A DNA stretch of 63,815 nt, the filler included, from Polymyxa betae A26-41 (taxonomy: Eukaryota > Protista > Endomyxa: Phytomyxea), in NCBI GenBank assembly GCA_003693705.1. It is 5 parts of 5 records of this genome, joined end to end, with 100 filler letters (N's around TTAATTAATTAA, not from the genome) between each part and the next. Parts side by side here need not be neighbours in the genome. Positions count along the whole stretch, not along the records: positions 1 to 14,676 come from RBZT01000100.1; 4 more parts are not named here. The stretch is one strand, 5' to 3'. Below the pieces are notes generated by a model that saw only the letters and a list, made by a program, of their open reading frames with translations, did not search any database and was not told where the DNA came from. Of this stretch, positions 1-13,611 are shown in pieces. The position numbers were made by a program, and so were the translations under genes. Every line of letters starts with the position of its first letter. The stretch's first letter is position 1.

Positions 1-82
1 AAGCGATTTGATTGAGGAAGTTGTCGAATGTACGTATGAGCTAAGAGAGATGGAGGGAGGGGATACCCCTTGTATAGGAGAA

Positions 83-160
83 ACTCGCAGAAATAATGCG
101 CGTACGAGTACTCGTACGCGCAACTATTTCTGCGAGTACTCGTACGCCTAGCAAGGTCGA
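83..160. repeat. Partial copy of palindromic hairpin element (CGCGTACGAGTACTCGTACGCG core)
   Basis: Near-identical to 49212-49313 and 61185-61230; outer part of the left arm is missing. Confidence 0.85.
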
Positions 161-483
161 TTAATTATACCCAGGTTTATGCCCCTGTACAGAAGTTGGA
201 TACTTTTCGATTGATGTTGACGCTGTTACTGCAGAATCCGTCATTGACTGCTGAACAAAATGGATGTCAAGACAGCGCTTTTTAATACACACCTGACAGA
301 GGATATATATATTTTAGCCCCTGAAGGTAGCAGTATCCGAACAGGAACTGAAAGCTGTAGAAATCGCTATTTGGGTTAAGGCAAGCACCTCTAGAGTTTC
401 TTAAGATGATCGATGACTTCCTGAGAGAAACGTGATGAACAATTCTGAAATATAACAGCTTAAAGTTGAGATTGGCTGTCTTA

Positions 484-498
484 GAGCATCTCCACCGG
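484..498 (+). mobile_element. PIF/Harbinger-type left TIR (GAGCATCTCCACCGG) preceded by TTA
   Basis: TTA target-site triplet; 14/15 identical to the TIR of the Harbinger MITE at 54832. Confidence 0.65.
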
Positions 499-680
499 TC
501 ATAGTTATAGCAAAAGGTATTTTGATAAATTTTAACTGGTTGCCCAACAGCCAGCTATTTGGACGATAGCTCGAGTTAATGCAACCAGTTTCAGCTATTT
601 GCGTTGAAATAAATTGACAGCTATTGCATCGAAGTTAAATGGGTCGATCGCTCAGTTAAAAGCCTATTGAGGACCAGGCC

Positions 681-1450
681 TTGGCCAGAGCCGTTGCTTC
701 TGCAAGTAATGACCCTAAAAGAGGCAGCAATACGAAAGCTGCAGAATACTGGGGGACAGTTGAGAACAAATTTAAACTAATCATCCAAAATTGTGGTGAC
801 ATCAGCGTGCGCTCTCGAAAATTCTGGAGCAATGTTCAACGTGATGTTAATGCGCTCTGCGTATTTTTCGAACTAGCTACTCGCACGCCACGTAGTGGAG
901 CGACCGAATATGATTATATTGAGGACGCGCTGCAAGCATTTTTAACGATAGAAAAAAAGCGCTTAGAATATTTAGAAGAATGGAGGATTGTCAGGAACTT
1001 CTGCACGTGAAAGAGTCTGTCGTTCTGTGCCAAGACTTTATCTCCGATAGTCGGTAAGCATGAAAGCAAAAAGCGCAATCTTTTGTTGGAAGAGTACGGC
1101 AACTCCATCAATCAGATCGATAGCTCTTCCAGAACCGACAGCTCCTCGGCCAACAATTCGGCGTTGCCTTCAGGCGATGAGAACGAATCATTAGTTGAGT
1201 TTATAAAACAATCAGATGGGCGTCCCATAGGGAACAAGGCTGCCAAAAAAGCTAAAAATGACTCTGGGATTGAGTTAATCGATCTCAGCAAAGAGGAACG
1301 CCGTCAGCAATCTGTTGAACAAGAATCTAAGCGGAATGCTCTGTTTGAAGAACAAAACCGTCTCTTCAAAGAGCAAAATCAGCTGAAGCTTTTTTAAGAT
1401 CCGACAGACACTATTTGCCAGAAATGGCTCAAAACATGCTGGAGATGAAG
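681..1450 (+). pseudogene. PIF/Harbinger accessory ORF (Myb/SANT-like, NAM-associated type), disrupted
   Basis: Motifs SNDP..G...KA.EYW, PRSG, EEWRIVR, RPIGNKAAKK typical of Harbinger ORF1; broken by stop/frameshift; lies just inside the TIR. Confidence 0.7.
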
Positions 1451-1574
1451 AAGGTCGAAGAAGAAGCACGAGCCAGTGTTACAGACAGGGATTGTAAGGA
1501 TGTCAATAAAAAAACAACTGCTGTTTATTCTTTAAATAGAAGACCACGATTAGCTGACACCATCTCGCTTTTCC

Positions 1575-2095
1575 TCATCCAGTGAAAAATCGTTGGATGT
1601 AAGAGCCAGTATGGTTGCGGGGTCCCCTTTTTCGCAATGAGCGCCGAGTTGAATTGGAATTGTTTTCATTCGGGCTTGCCGATGCATCGGCTTCGATCTG
1701 AACTTCTTGCTCTGAATTGTTGAGAATGGGATGTACATCAAGGTCTGGGATCGAATGTGAGGACACGCCGTCATTTCCGATCCATGTGGTAATTGGAAAT
1801 TCGATTATCTCGTAGTTGTGTGGGTGAGGGGTATCTGAAAGCATGTGTACACCCGGAAACTCGGATTCATCGAACGCAAAGTCCCGACACACAGTGATCT
1901 GGTATTGTGTGGGATTCCAAATGCAATATCCTTGTTCAGTGTTGCTGTATCCTATGAAGATTCCTTGTTCTGCTCGGAAGTCCAATTTACGCCGTTTTTC
2001 TTATGGAATTTGTTGGCAAGCTTTACATCCGAATGTTCGCAGTTGGATAAGGTTTGGCGGTTTGCCGAAAAATGCTTCGAATGGGACGTGGAGCC
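1575..2095 (-). mobile_element. Ty1/Copia pol fragment (post-integrase SH3-like region)
   Basis: LRTFGC...KLDFRAEQGIFIGYS..EQGYCIWNP...CRDFAFDESEFP; internal stop; no LTRs seen. Confidence 0.85.
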
Positions 2096-5000
2096 ATGTC
2101 AACATCTATCACTATAAAATAAAGAAATCCGTAAACGTCGACCGCAGTTTCACCGACAGTTTTGTTATAAAAACGCGGTGACCCGCAGTTTGTGCTGATA
2201 TCCGCAAACTGGTCCCTGATTTCAATATTTCGCCGGCAGTTTTTAAAAAACTTTATTTCTTGTGTGATTAACGAATATTTGGGACGAGATCGCCCTTGCC
2301 GACGGTTCTGATGCTGGTGTAGACAACGGCTTCGACTAAACCAGAAGCAAAGCGGTCAGCACTGCTCTCCATATAGAGACTGTCGAGGTCCAAAGAACAT
2401 GACATTCCTGCAGTGACGTCACCAGTATCTGAAAGGCAGACGTAGCCAGAACAGCTGCTGAAAATGGCTCCCTTCAATGCTGGTGCAGCCCGTGGTCCAA
2501 AACTGAAGGCGAAATTATGCCACCCCCCAGTTTCGGTAGTCATTCCAGTTTCACCAGTAGTCTTTTTGTATGGAGGCTCCGCCGCATTTTTCGCGCAGCC
2601 CACCGTTAGTTTTGGAGAAACTGCGGGTGACTACCGGCAGTTTGGCTACGTTTACGGATATCTGTACTACATAACAATAATTCTATGATTTCTATCTATC
2701 AAATTGGAGGGTGTTTGAGAAACAAAACTTTTGTATTAAATATTATAAAAAACTACAGCTTATACGAATTTTGACTGTACAATTTGGCTGTGCTACCAAC
2801 CAAATCCTAGGACCCGACCATCACCATGCAGTCCATGCTTCCGGGTACAGAGATAGTTAAAAACGAATCGAACGGACGCTCTTCAGGCGGGCGAGAGCAA
2901 GGACAGAGCCGGTTTCTTTGCTTGTCGGCTCTGACATGGTCTTCTTTTGGAACAACAACTTTAGCACTGAAACCATTGTCAGCGACAGTAGATCAGTAAA
3001 CCGACCTATGATCTTCGAACTTTAGCATTCAATCGTCAGGGCAGCCAACGAGAACCGTTTCAGTACGACAAGTTTATCCAAATTTCTTCAACAAAACCGC
3101 GAGAATTTAAGAGATTGACTCGAGTTCGTGCTTAATTAACAACCTATAATATAATCAGCTGGATTAGGAAAACACAGTAATGACAAACATGAATCCTTTC
3201 AACAAATATAACAATTAGGTACTGTAGAATATAAGACATTGCAAACATAAGCCCAATTTATTACACCAAATATTCAATTTTAAAAAGATATACAGAGGAA
3301 ACAGGTGAACGATGGATGCTTAAAAACTTCATAAACCCCTAACAGTTGGCCATAATACCCTTTCAACCTACAGTGCAGTTCTTGTAAACTGGCCATCACC
3401 TAAACACGCTTCAAACACGAGCGAGTTATCATTAGCAACATACTTTCTGTGATAATCAGACACCAGATCGTTAAGTATAAGCTCTTTGAGACCTGTTATG
3501 GTTCCGTTTCGTGATTCAGAAAGCTCCTAATGCTACAAAACATCAGCTTACCGAACATTAGGGCACCTTCGCCCAGCACTTGACCTCAGCGATGATCGGC
3601 ACGTCATCATTCTGCTTCTGTGTCAATCAAGACATCAGCCAGCCATTTCGCCGACTCCTTCTGTTGGAGATTAGTCTTAAGATCGCTCATACAAAGGAAA
3701 ATATAAAAGATAGGCGCCCGTGTTATATAGGTGCAGAAAACCAAGTGACAGAGACCTGCCATGCGATAGTTTCGCCGAACGAGGTTGCAGGCGGGTCTAC
3801 TACAGCGGTGTCGGTACGAGCCAACATTGCCAACGATGGTTTGATAATTGAAGAACTCTCCCACCAAGCGTCACGGCACGCCCGAGAGACACCTGAGGCA
3901 AACAGCGAGGGTTGCGCTTGGACTGTAACTTAAATATTTAAACTTGGTTTATGTCGCTTGGCGTCGCTCGCCACTCAGTATGTTTTATTCAAAGACTTAT
4001 TCTTCAATGCTGTGTGAGAATGAGCCTTTTCAATTCTCTCATGGCTATTGTCAGAACCTTAACTGCAACAGCACTTTTGTTTGTGACATTAGCAGAAAGG
4101 TGGTTGTTCTCCTTGCAGAACTCTGAGTACATGGACCAGAAAGACCCATCAAACGCGTCAGAGCTGGAAACGGGTTTACAAACTTTTCCGGGACTGGCCG
4201 GCGTTCTGAAATCATCGTTGGCCGCTAACGCGATCTGGTATTTATCAATCAGGTACGATTCTGAATAGCAATTGAAATGAAAATCACCAGAAATAGATCG
4301 TTTGCGAGGGTAATGTTCTCACATTCCGCGCGGCTGGATCCGTACTCGGAAAGAGCCAGTCCCGGTCGCGCTTTCATCAGGCGACCATACCGTTTTTCTT
4401 TCGCTTACGATGCCAACGTACTCAACATCGACGTATCAACATTGCTGCTACTGTTCATGTACTTTTTGCAAATTTCCTTTGCCTGCCGCTTGGTTTTGTT
4501 TCTATTGGCATTTATTTTAGAGATGATCTCTTTTGTTGCCCGAGAATTTTGAAAGCATCTCCTGTACCAGAGCAGCATTCATCAGATTTTGGGACCCAGT
4601 CCAAACATAATTTTACGGTGATTTGGTCGCCGCTGAATTAACGTTCGGGTATATGCACTATCCGAACTCTGCATCATTTTCGATTCAAAGAACGAAATGG
4701 CAACGTCGGTTATTATTCCTGGCGGAGGCACCCAGGGCTGGCAATGATTGGCCTCAGCAAATTTTTTAAGTCGGACACTTCTGGTTATTGCGGTCAATTT
4801 TGTTGGCAAGCTGCGTAAGAGCTGTAACCACTCTGTACTGGAAGTCAGCTTTGACCAAAAGGATGGCATCTAGGAATTCAAACATTGTTTTAACCAGAAC
4901 AGTTGCTGCGTCGACTACCATTTGCATCAATGAACTGGTGCTCATCAGTGACCTGGCCTGCATAAACCGCTTTTTCAATTAGCTCTTCAACAAAATTGGT

Positions 5001-7279
5001 TGATCCAGTCTCAAGCTCAATCGGCATTTATTCCATCCATATGTTTCGAATATGATCACGATACAGCTGATGATGATCATGGTGTCTGGAACGGGCGTAA
5101 AGGCCGGATAGGTATTTAGAAAGCTCGGAATGCAAGTAAGTGAAGTCGAATGAGCTAATAAAGCGTAAGATTCAGGAATGTATTATATTGTCACAATTTG
5201 TAGGAAAAGAAGGAAAGTTGAGTCAGCGGGAAATAACTGGTGACACACAGTCGGGATCAGGATCATGAGTCATGACAGTCATGTGGGACTGTGAATTTTG
5301 CGACTTGTTTGCTGACACGCATTGGTTAATCTGTTTCAATAACTGCAGCCACAAATAGGGTAACGGGCTCCGTTCACACAATGCAAATAGTGTCCAGTTG
5401 CCTCGATCTCGGAATCTTTTTTGGCAACGATGTACAGGTTACATATCTGTGTTCGTAAAGGTCACGTAGAGCATTATCATATCCACTCCATTGTCAGACT
5501 TACATACTATTGCCGAAGTTAGCCTTTGCCCGACTTACATTCAGGTCGTCTCCACCTGCACCTAACAAAGAATACGGGTACTGGCCGCTCAGAGCCATTA
5601 ACATATTCTGTAGCTATACCTTTATATCGATTAACTGCAATCTTGGTGACATGTTCGCGCTCGCTGTCGGGTAATCGACGAAACGAAACATGCTTCACAG
5701 AATCGCAGGCGACATGCCTCACATTGCAATAGAAGGATTCCAGTTTTTTCCATAAGACATATTCATCAGACGATGTGTTAAAATGATAATCAAACGAAGC
5801 AACATTAAGACTTGGAACTGAATATCGATTCGAGTCAATGGAAGCGCGAAGTAGGGCTCCATGATGGCAGTATAATCATCCGATTTTGACACACCTTGTC
5901 AGAAGACAGAAGGGATTCACCTTCGATGAAGAAGGAAATCGCCAACCCAGAAGACCAGCTCCTGCTCGGCGATATCATTTGGGTGGAATCCTGAACAAGT
6001 TGCAGGCTATTGTGCTCTCCAAGGAGTCGATTCATTCAGCTAAGTCTCCTGAATCTATTGGTAGTCTTGGATATAAATCCATTTCAGAAGCGAGCTTCGG
6101 ATTGGTAAATAAACGGTGAATAAACTCTCTGAGGCTGAGCATCAAGAAAGGATGCGGCCCTGTCTCTCGACTTCTAACGAGCCGAGTGAAGGCAAACAGA
6201 TTGTTCTATTCTCCCTCAGCAGCTTTTTGCCAACATCTCTTTTTAAAATGGAACTTTTCGCTGTACCAATTGCCCACTTGGGATGCGGTTGGAAAGTTAT
6301 ACGGTAAATGATGATCAAGATCGCAATATTTCATCCACTCTCGATGTATAGAGTCTGAATATTCTCCAAGATGTGCGTTCCAGATGATAGCTAACATTCA
6401 GTACTTATTTGGCCATGGCCAATACAGAGAATCCGGATGAATTGAAGGCGTTGGAGCTCGGAACTCTCGAACAAGCTTTTACAAAGCGCTACAATCTCTT
6501 CTGATAAATTTCAATTGTAAAGTGTCAAGGTATTGCATACCTGTGTTTGGAGAATCACAATCTATGACAGCATCGTGAATTGAACCTTCGATGTCTGAAG
6601 ACAGGCTGCACAACAAATTTTTGTCAAGAACCATATTATCAGCATCTACTGCAAGATCTTCTAGCGGTTTTTCGTACTCTTCTTGCTTTGATTCAGAAGA
6701 TACGCCAAACTAATTTTAGAATTGAACCGTTAATCATCCAATAAAATTGAGAGAACTTGAATGTCAACGACCGTATTCTCCTTCATCAGTTCAATGAAGC
6801 GTACTAACAAAGAGCTTTCCCGGCAAATATGCTCCAATTGTGTGCTGGAGTCGATACTGCTCATACCCTGTGATTGTTGATTCAAGAGTTCATTCATATT
6901 GTCAATATGCGATATTATAAAATCAATATCCGAGCTATACATTTCCGTCATTGCAGGTTGTTGACAGAAGTATAAATTGTCAACTCACGCAGATGCTTGG
7001 ATATATCCGCGAATGATGGCGGCCGCTTTGTTGTGGTGGATTTTGCGTTATGATGAGATCGTAATACGTATGGACGGCAATGCTGCTTCTTTGCACCTTG
7101 GCAAACGCAGGCCCAATATGACTTCATGACAGCCTACAGCAGTAACAAAAGAGGTGTGAAAAATTGAGTGAGCTGCAATTTTGTTACTGTAAAAACGTGG
7201 TCGGGAGATCGCGATATGGGCCATAATGTACCATCAAGCTTTCCATTTTATAATGCCATAAAGAGATTTCTGCGAATGT

Positions 7280-8115
7280 CTACTGTGGACCATAATAGTG
7301 ATGGACCGACAATGGAGGAAAAGCCCGATTATTCATGATTTCCAACATGGACCATAAAGAGTTGCGTATTGACCCATTTTGGAATTTCCTTATGAACTTT
7401 ATAGATGTTCCATTATGTACCATAATGGAGCTTGTATTAAAAATTTCCTTTATGACCCATAATGGAACACACAGCAAATCATAAGGATATACTCAAATAA
7501 ATCTCCGCCATGATCCATATACGTTTTACTTGCGCGGTGCCATGGACGTGCTGGGTTCTCGATGATGGCAAATCGACTTTGCAATACACCAAAACCCCTT
7601 TCAACATCTTTCCGCGCTGATTCATGCATTTCTGCGAAATGTCGTTCTGACTCTTCGATAGGCCTCTGAACTGACTTTACAAATACTGCCCATTTCGGAA
7701 ATATTCCGTCGACTAACCAATAGGGGAGATCATACCGATTCCCATTAACTATATACTCTATCTGAAGAATGTTTCCGTCTATAATTGAATCCAGAAGGTT
7801 GGATCTCTGCTGCACGTTGATATCGTTCAACGATCCAGGAACCCAGAACCCAATAAATTGAGATATGCTATAAATTTTCGGAGTGCCTTTCTGTTCCAAA
7901 AAAACAGTGCCAGAGCCACAAGTCGTAAGACACTGCAACTTCCAAAATCACGGATGTCCCCTTATGACCATGATACTGGCCTTGCTAAGCTTTAGGACAG
8001 TTCTTCCATATCCATGCATCGTAATCCACGGATCCTATCATTCCTGGCCAACCTCGAGATTCATTGAATTCAAGTTTCCTTTTCATATCGTCTGCTTTGG
8101 GCGATCTTAAATATT
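7280..8115 (-). pseudogene. PIF/Harbinger DDE transposase, truncated and disrupted
   Basis: RGWPGMIGSVD..WIWKNCP, PGSLNDINV, YWLVDGIFPKW, ESARKDVERGFGVLQSRF motifs; stops and frameshifts. Confidence 0.9.
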
Positions 8116-8366
8116 TTTCGAGGTTTTGTGGAGACAAAATATCTTCATCGGCAAGTCGCTTGTGGTTAACGAGCACCGAAGAGTATCGTTCTACTTTGAA
8201 AGATTTATTAATTTTCTACAAAGACAACGGTTGCGAAAAGTCACCTGCAATGAGTACAATCCCATCGTTTGAGTGAAATTGCAAGAAAACTCTATTGTGT
8301 TTTCGTAAAATAATGTGGAGATGAAATATAATAGGATTTTGATTATCACTTCGGGGATTAGCAGCA

Positions 8367-8758
8367 TGTAAGGCTTACTCAAGAGACTCCGTTTATTGGT
8401 AGACTAGAAGATGTTAGGACGGTAGACGAGCCTGATTACTTGACGGTGGGAATAGACGATCGGCAGTGGAGCGGGTGGGGCGTGGATGTAGGCGAGATCT
8501 GGTCGGCAGCGAGGCGAAGCAGACGCTGGAGTGAGACAGACGATGGAGAGAGGCAGACGATGGACCGAGTCAGACGATGGGGCGAGACAGACGGTGGGAA
8601 TTAGACAGATGATGGGACGAGATAGACGACGATGATAGGATCGGCGTTGATCAGAGTGGCTTGGAACCCTGGGTGCCGCGGACCGGATTCCCGTAGTCCG
8701 CGCCCTCTACCCTCCTGGGATAGGGCGAGTCTCGAGTGTCGTGGCTGGGGGCACGACA
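8367..8758 (-). repeat. 3' LTR of chromovirus (392 bp)
   Basis: TG...CA ends; purine-rich PPT adjacent at ~8759-8780 (minus); homologous to 13117-13611. Confidence 0.9.
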
Positions 8759-11700
8759 TCACGCCCCCCATTAAGCCCCTGGCCTTGTCGCTTGCTGTTA
8801 TGAGGACCGGGATTGGACGGGTATCGGTGGTGAAAGTCGTCGATATGGCTCTGTAGTATTGGGGTCGGGTTCAGTGTTTAAGCCGGTTCCCAGGTGCGCT
8901 CCTGGATGCTGAAACCCTTCCAGTGAATAAAATATTGTACCTGTGATCTGTAAAATCGTGAGTCCATAATCTGCTCAACTTCGAAATACTCTTGTCCGGT
9001 CTGGTAATGCGTTTGCAACTTGTTTTTCGAGCTGAGAAACGTGAAAAACGCGATGCAGGCGAGATATACCGGAAGCTCGATTTCGTGGGCCCTGGAATAA
9101 ATTTGGCGAATGACCTTATAAGGTCCTAGAAACACGTATTCAAGTTTGTTAGATGGGCGGTTGGTGGGTATATCTCCTCTTCTGAGCCAGCCGAGATCAC
9201 CTGGCTGGTATTGCGGGGAAGGCATGAGCTTCGTGTTGGCCCAGAGCTCCATGTGTTGTTGAGAATTCTTCAGTTGCGCCTTCAAATAGGTTCGAATGGC
9301 TTGAATGTGCTCGACGCGCTGGTGCGCAGTGGGATTGGGTTTGGAGCCAGCCGTGGCCAGTATATCGTGAAACTGAGGATGAAAGCCGTAATTAGCGTAG
9401 AGGGCGACATGCCGATTGAGGAATGAAGAGTATTATTGTAGGCAAATTCTGCGAGTGGAAGGTCGAACCAATTGTCCTGTAGCAAGTCGGCGTAGCACCT
9501 GAGATATTGCTCGAGACAATGATTCACACGCTCAGTTTGCCCGTCGGATTGTGGATAACGAGATGATGATTTACCACTCTGAATTTTGAGACGGTTGAGG
9601 AGCTGTGTCCAGAACTTCGACACGAACTGAGGTCCCCGGTCGGTAACGATATCCTGTGGTAATCCATGGAGCCGGAAGACGTTTGATAAGACTAGATTGG
9701 CTATGTCCTCGGCAATGCATTCTTCGTTGCGAGCATGAAATGCGACATTTTTGAAAAGCGATCGACAACAACTAGAGCGGAATTGAAGCCATGCGATACT
9801 GGCAGATTTACAATCAGGTCCATGGATATACATCGCCATATTTCCGAAGGGATGGGTTGTGGTAGGAGTAGGCCTTGACTCTTGTGTCGGGTATGCTTGC
9901 AGCGCTTACACATATCACATGAAAAAATATAGCGTTCGTCATACTGGCGAAGACCCGGCCACCAGAATTGTCTTCTGATAAGTTCAACTGTCTTCCTCAC
10001 GAAGGGGTGTCCTGCAGCCTCCGCGTCGTGACCCATGCGCATAACGAATAGCATAATTTTGCCGCCAGCGATGACGACGGAGTCACGGCGATATAACAGG
10101 TTGCTGACGAGTCTAAACTGCGAATCCTGCTGCTCTGATGTGCGTAGGCTTTCCAGCATTTGCATTGTACAGCGGTCTCGTAGCTGGCCTGCGCGGATTG
10201 ATTCGTCGTTGAACTTGGTGTGTCTAGGAAAGCATGGAGAGTGTTGGGGCCCTGCACCAGGTGATGGCTCTTCAGTATGGTTTGCCTTTGTTTTTTCCCA
10301 CAGTGGGTCGCCTGGTAAGAATTCGTATTCAGGCCTGCGCGATAACGCATCCGGGACCCCTGAAAGCGCTCCCGGTCGGTGTATGATCTCGAAGTCGTAA
10401 AGGGAGAGGATCTGCGACCACCGAGCTTGGGGTCGGTTTAGGACTTTGCTTGTCATATCGAATACAAGGTGTTTGTGATCTTATAAAATAGTGTCTCCTT
10501 TCCTTGAAGGCCGTTACCACAGCTAGTAGTTCTTTTCGGACGAATTCAGCTTCCGGGAGTAAAATGCCACCGGCTGTAACTGTGCATATTCGCCGGGTTG
10601 CGATAGAACCATCCCTATAGCGAAATCAGAAGCATCGGCTTCAATGGTCACCCGTAGAGCAGGGTTGAAATGAGCGAGTAAAGGCGCCGGCAAGAAGGCC
10701 GTTTTCAATCGCCGAAACGCTGTCCTTTCAGTTGAGCCCCACGAGAAAACGACGTCTTTTGGGGTCAGACGAGTTAGCGGTGAGGCGATCTCGGAGTAAC
10801 TCGTGATGAGCCCCCTTTAAAAATTTGCAAACCAGGAATTTTTCTGGACCCCTAGGACGCCTTTCGGATCCTCCCAGTCGGCAATAGTCTTGACTTTGCC
10901 CTCATACATCCGGGTGCCACCCGGTGTGATGACGCATCCCAAGAGGTCGACTTCTTTAACATTCAATGCACACTTCTCATGCTGGACCGCGAGGCCAAGG
11001 TCTGATATTCTTTGTAAGACCAGCTTAACATGTTCGGAATGCTTGCGTTCGTTATCTGAGTATGTCAGTAGGTCATCCAAATAAGATACCAAGAAACTGT
11101 CGATCGTTCATGAAAATACTGAAAGAATAACGGCGCGTTCGTCAGACCAAAGGGCATCACACAATATTCTAAATGGCCATATTTACACGTGAAGGCCGTC
11201 TTCGACTCGTCGCCTTTCTTGATCCGCAGAAGGTTATCGTGTAGATTTTTGCCGAACGAAGTTGCAGAAGGACATCGCCGATTACCGGAATGGGGTAAGG
11301 CACTTTTCGTGAAATCTGGATAAGGCCTCGGTAATCGATACACGGTCGCAGGCTGCCGTCCTTTTTTTCGGTAAATAATACAGGCGCTCCTAGTGGTGAC
11401 TTTGAATGTCATATGAATCCTTTTTCCAACATGTCGTCGATATATTCTTTCAAGGCTCGTTCTTCTTTGATCGACAAGCTGTAGATCTTCCGTTTTGGGC
11501 ACGACTCTTCCCCTTCGGTCAGTTCAAAGGCGCAATCGTAAGCGCGGTGGTCGGGAAGCTTGTCATCTTGGCATTTTCCGAAAACACGAGCGAAACTCTG
11601 GAATTCGAGAGTCTCAGGTACCGTGAGCGTAGACAACCCAAGGCCTTTTGGCTTCACGGGGTGCCCACTATTTTGCAACGGCCCAGATTCCCAGTCGATT

Positions 11701-13116
11701 ATGGGATTCATGGACCGCAGCCAGGTGATGCCCAACACAATAGGGTATTTCGGGGAGTGAATCACGAGCAGGTTTCCATAGTGATAACCCGGGGCATTTT
11801 TGAGTGCTATCCCGACTATTCGAGTTTCTTGAGTCACGTCCATAATTAGGCTTCCATCTACGGCCTGTACAGGTGGGGTGTGTCCAGATTTTCCAAGGGA
11901 ATGCCTCTGGATAGGGCGAAATCACGATCGATAAAGCTCGCTGCAGCACCGGAATCTAGCAGGGCTGCGGATTTGGCCGGATGCGAATCGAAATCTACAA
12001 TTATAGTTAAAGCGATGAGGTCGCCAACAGGCGCTATGGGTGGTAGACGTTCAGATTGCCAGGAACTTGTGCCTGCAAAAGATGGGGATTGGGACGGATA
12101 TTGTAAAGTCTGGTTTGTATCTTCTGAATGTTTTGTCGTCGGTGACCGCCTCAGCGACGACTTGGCGCGTTTTCCGGCTGATGACAGCGACGTTGGATCA
12201 GGGAACATGATGCGATAGCGTGACCTTCTTGGCAACAATACAGGCATAGGCATTCGTTCGAACGACGTTGTCGTTCAGTAGAATCAGGCGGGGGCGGTGG
12301 TAAGTATTTTGGTTTTGGAGCGTCGGGGTTGTGACCGAATCCAGTTGCATTGGTGACGTCCCAGAGCATGATGTCTATCGTGCGGGAGGAGTTGGTACAT
12401 GAGGTCGGCAAGGGCTGCGCTGCTCGAGACGACGTTGATATATCCTCTCGTCGCAATCAATAGCCTGCATGACAAGAGTTTGCAGGTCTGCAGGTTCTGG
12501 GAGGGAGAATAATAGGTCTTTGACTTCAACGTTTAAGCCGGTTTTGAAAATGTGCATGGCCGCTGCGTCATCCCATCCGGCATCCGCAAGTAATTGGAAT
12601 TCCGTGGCGTAAGCAGAAGCTGGGCGCCGACCTTGTCGGATAGCTTGCAAGCGAGATGCTGCAGTGCGCGGTCAGGGGGGGTCGCCGAATCGAGCTCTGA
12701 GGGCGCACATAAATTGATCGACATTTGTCAGAAGAGGGTCATTGTTCTCGAATAGTGGTGACAACCAGGTGAGGGCGTGGCGACTTAGTAAAGAGCCGAC
12801 CAATGCAACCCGTTGAGTTTCGGTGCCATATGAACCGGGACGCTGTTAAATAACAAGCCAGATTTGATTGATAAAGCCAGGATTCCTTTGGCGACAGCCA
12901 TCGAAAACTTCCGGCAGTGGGACCCTGGGTTCGCTTGGAGTTGGCTGAGGACGAGTTGTGAGAGCAGTCTGAAGTAGGTGCTGCAGATTCGAGATCTGTT
13001 GCTGTTGGGCGCTGAGGATGGCGACCCAATCTTGAGCGGTCCGATTCCGTTCGTTTGAATCCATGGAACAGGGACTTGAAGGTTTGGAAAACGTGAAAGG
13101 AGGACTCAGTTCAAAC

Positions 13117-13611
13117 TCTAAGGTTTACTCAAGAGACTCCGTTTATTGGTAGACTAGAAGATGTTGGGACGGAAGACGAGCCTGATTACGTGACAGTGGA
13201 AATAGACGATCGACAGTGGAGCGGGTGGGTCGTAAATGTAGGTGAGATCTGGTGGTCCGCCGGAGGAGGCAGACGATGGGAGCGAGGCAGACGATGGAGC
13301 GAGGCAGACGATGGAACGAGGCAGACGATGAAGCGAAGCAGACGATGGAGCGAGACAGACGATGGAGCGAGGCAGACAATGGAACGAGTCAGACTATGGG
13401 GCGTGTCAGACGATGGGGCGAGGTAGTCGATGGGACGAGATAAACGGTGGGAACTAGACAGACGATGGGACGATATAGACGACGATGATATGATGGGCGT
13501 TGATTAGACTGGCTTGGAACCCTGGGTGCCGAGAACCGGATTCCCGGACTCCGCGCCCTCTACCCTCCTGGGATAGGGCGAGTCTCGAGGGTCGTGGATG
13601 GGGGCATGACA
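13117..13611 (-). repeat. 5' LTR of chromovirus (495 bp) with ~17-bp AGACGATGG tandem array
   Basis: Direct repeat of 8367-8758 with more copies of the internal repeat. Confidence 0.9.

Larger units (their letters stand above)
8367..13611 (-). mobile_element. Ty3/Gypsy chromovirus LTR retrotransposon, full length but frameshifted
   Basis: Two LTRs; gag with decayed zinc knuckle (CLYCCQEGH), protease LLDSGA, RT YLDD, RNase H EADASDFAIG, integrase (TDRGPQFVSKFW, QSDGQTERVN), chromodomain (FEVEQIMD..YFIHWKGF..TWEP); flanks CAGCA/CTGCA (4/5 TSD match). Confidence 0.95.

Noticed and set aside
13255-13490. Regular short repeats resembling a CRISPR array or repeat-protein ORFs
   Set aside because: No unique spacers; it is a tandem array inside an LTR in eukaryotic DNA with no cas genes
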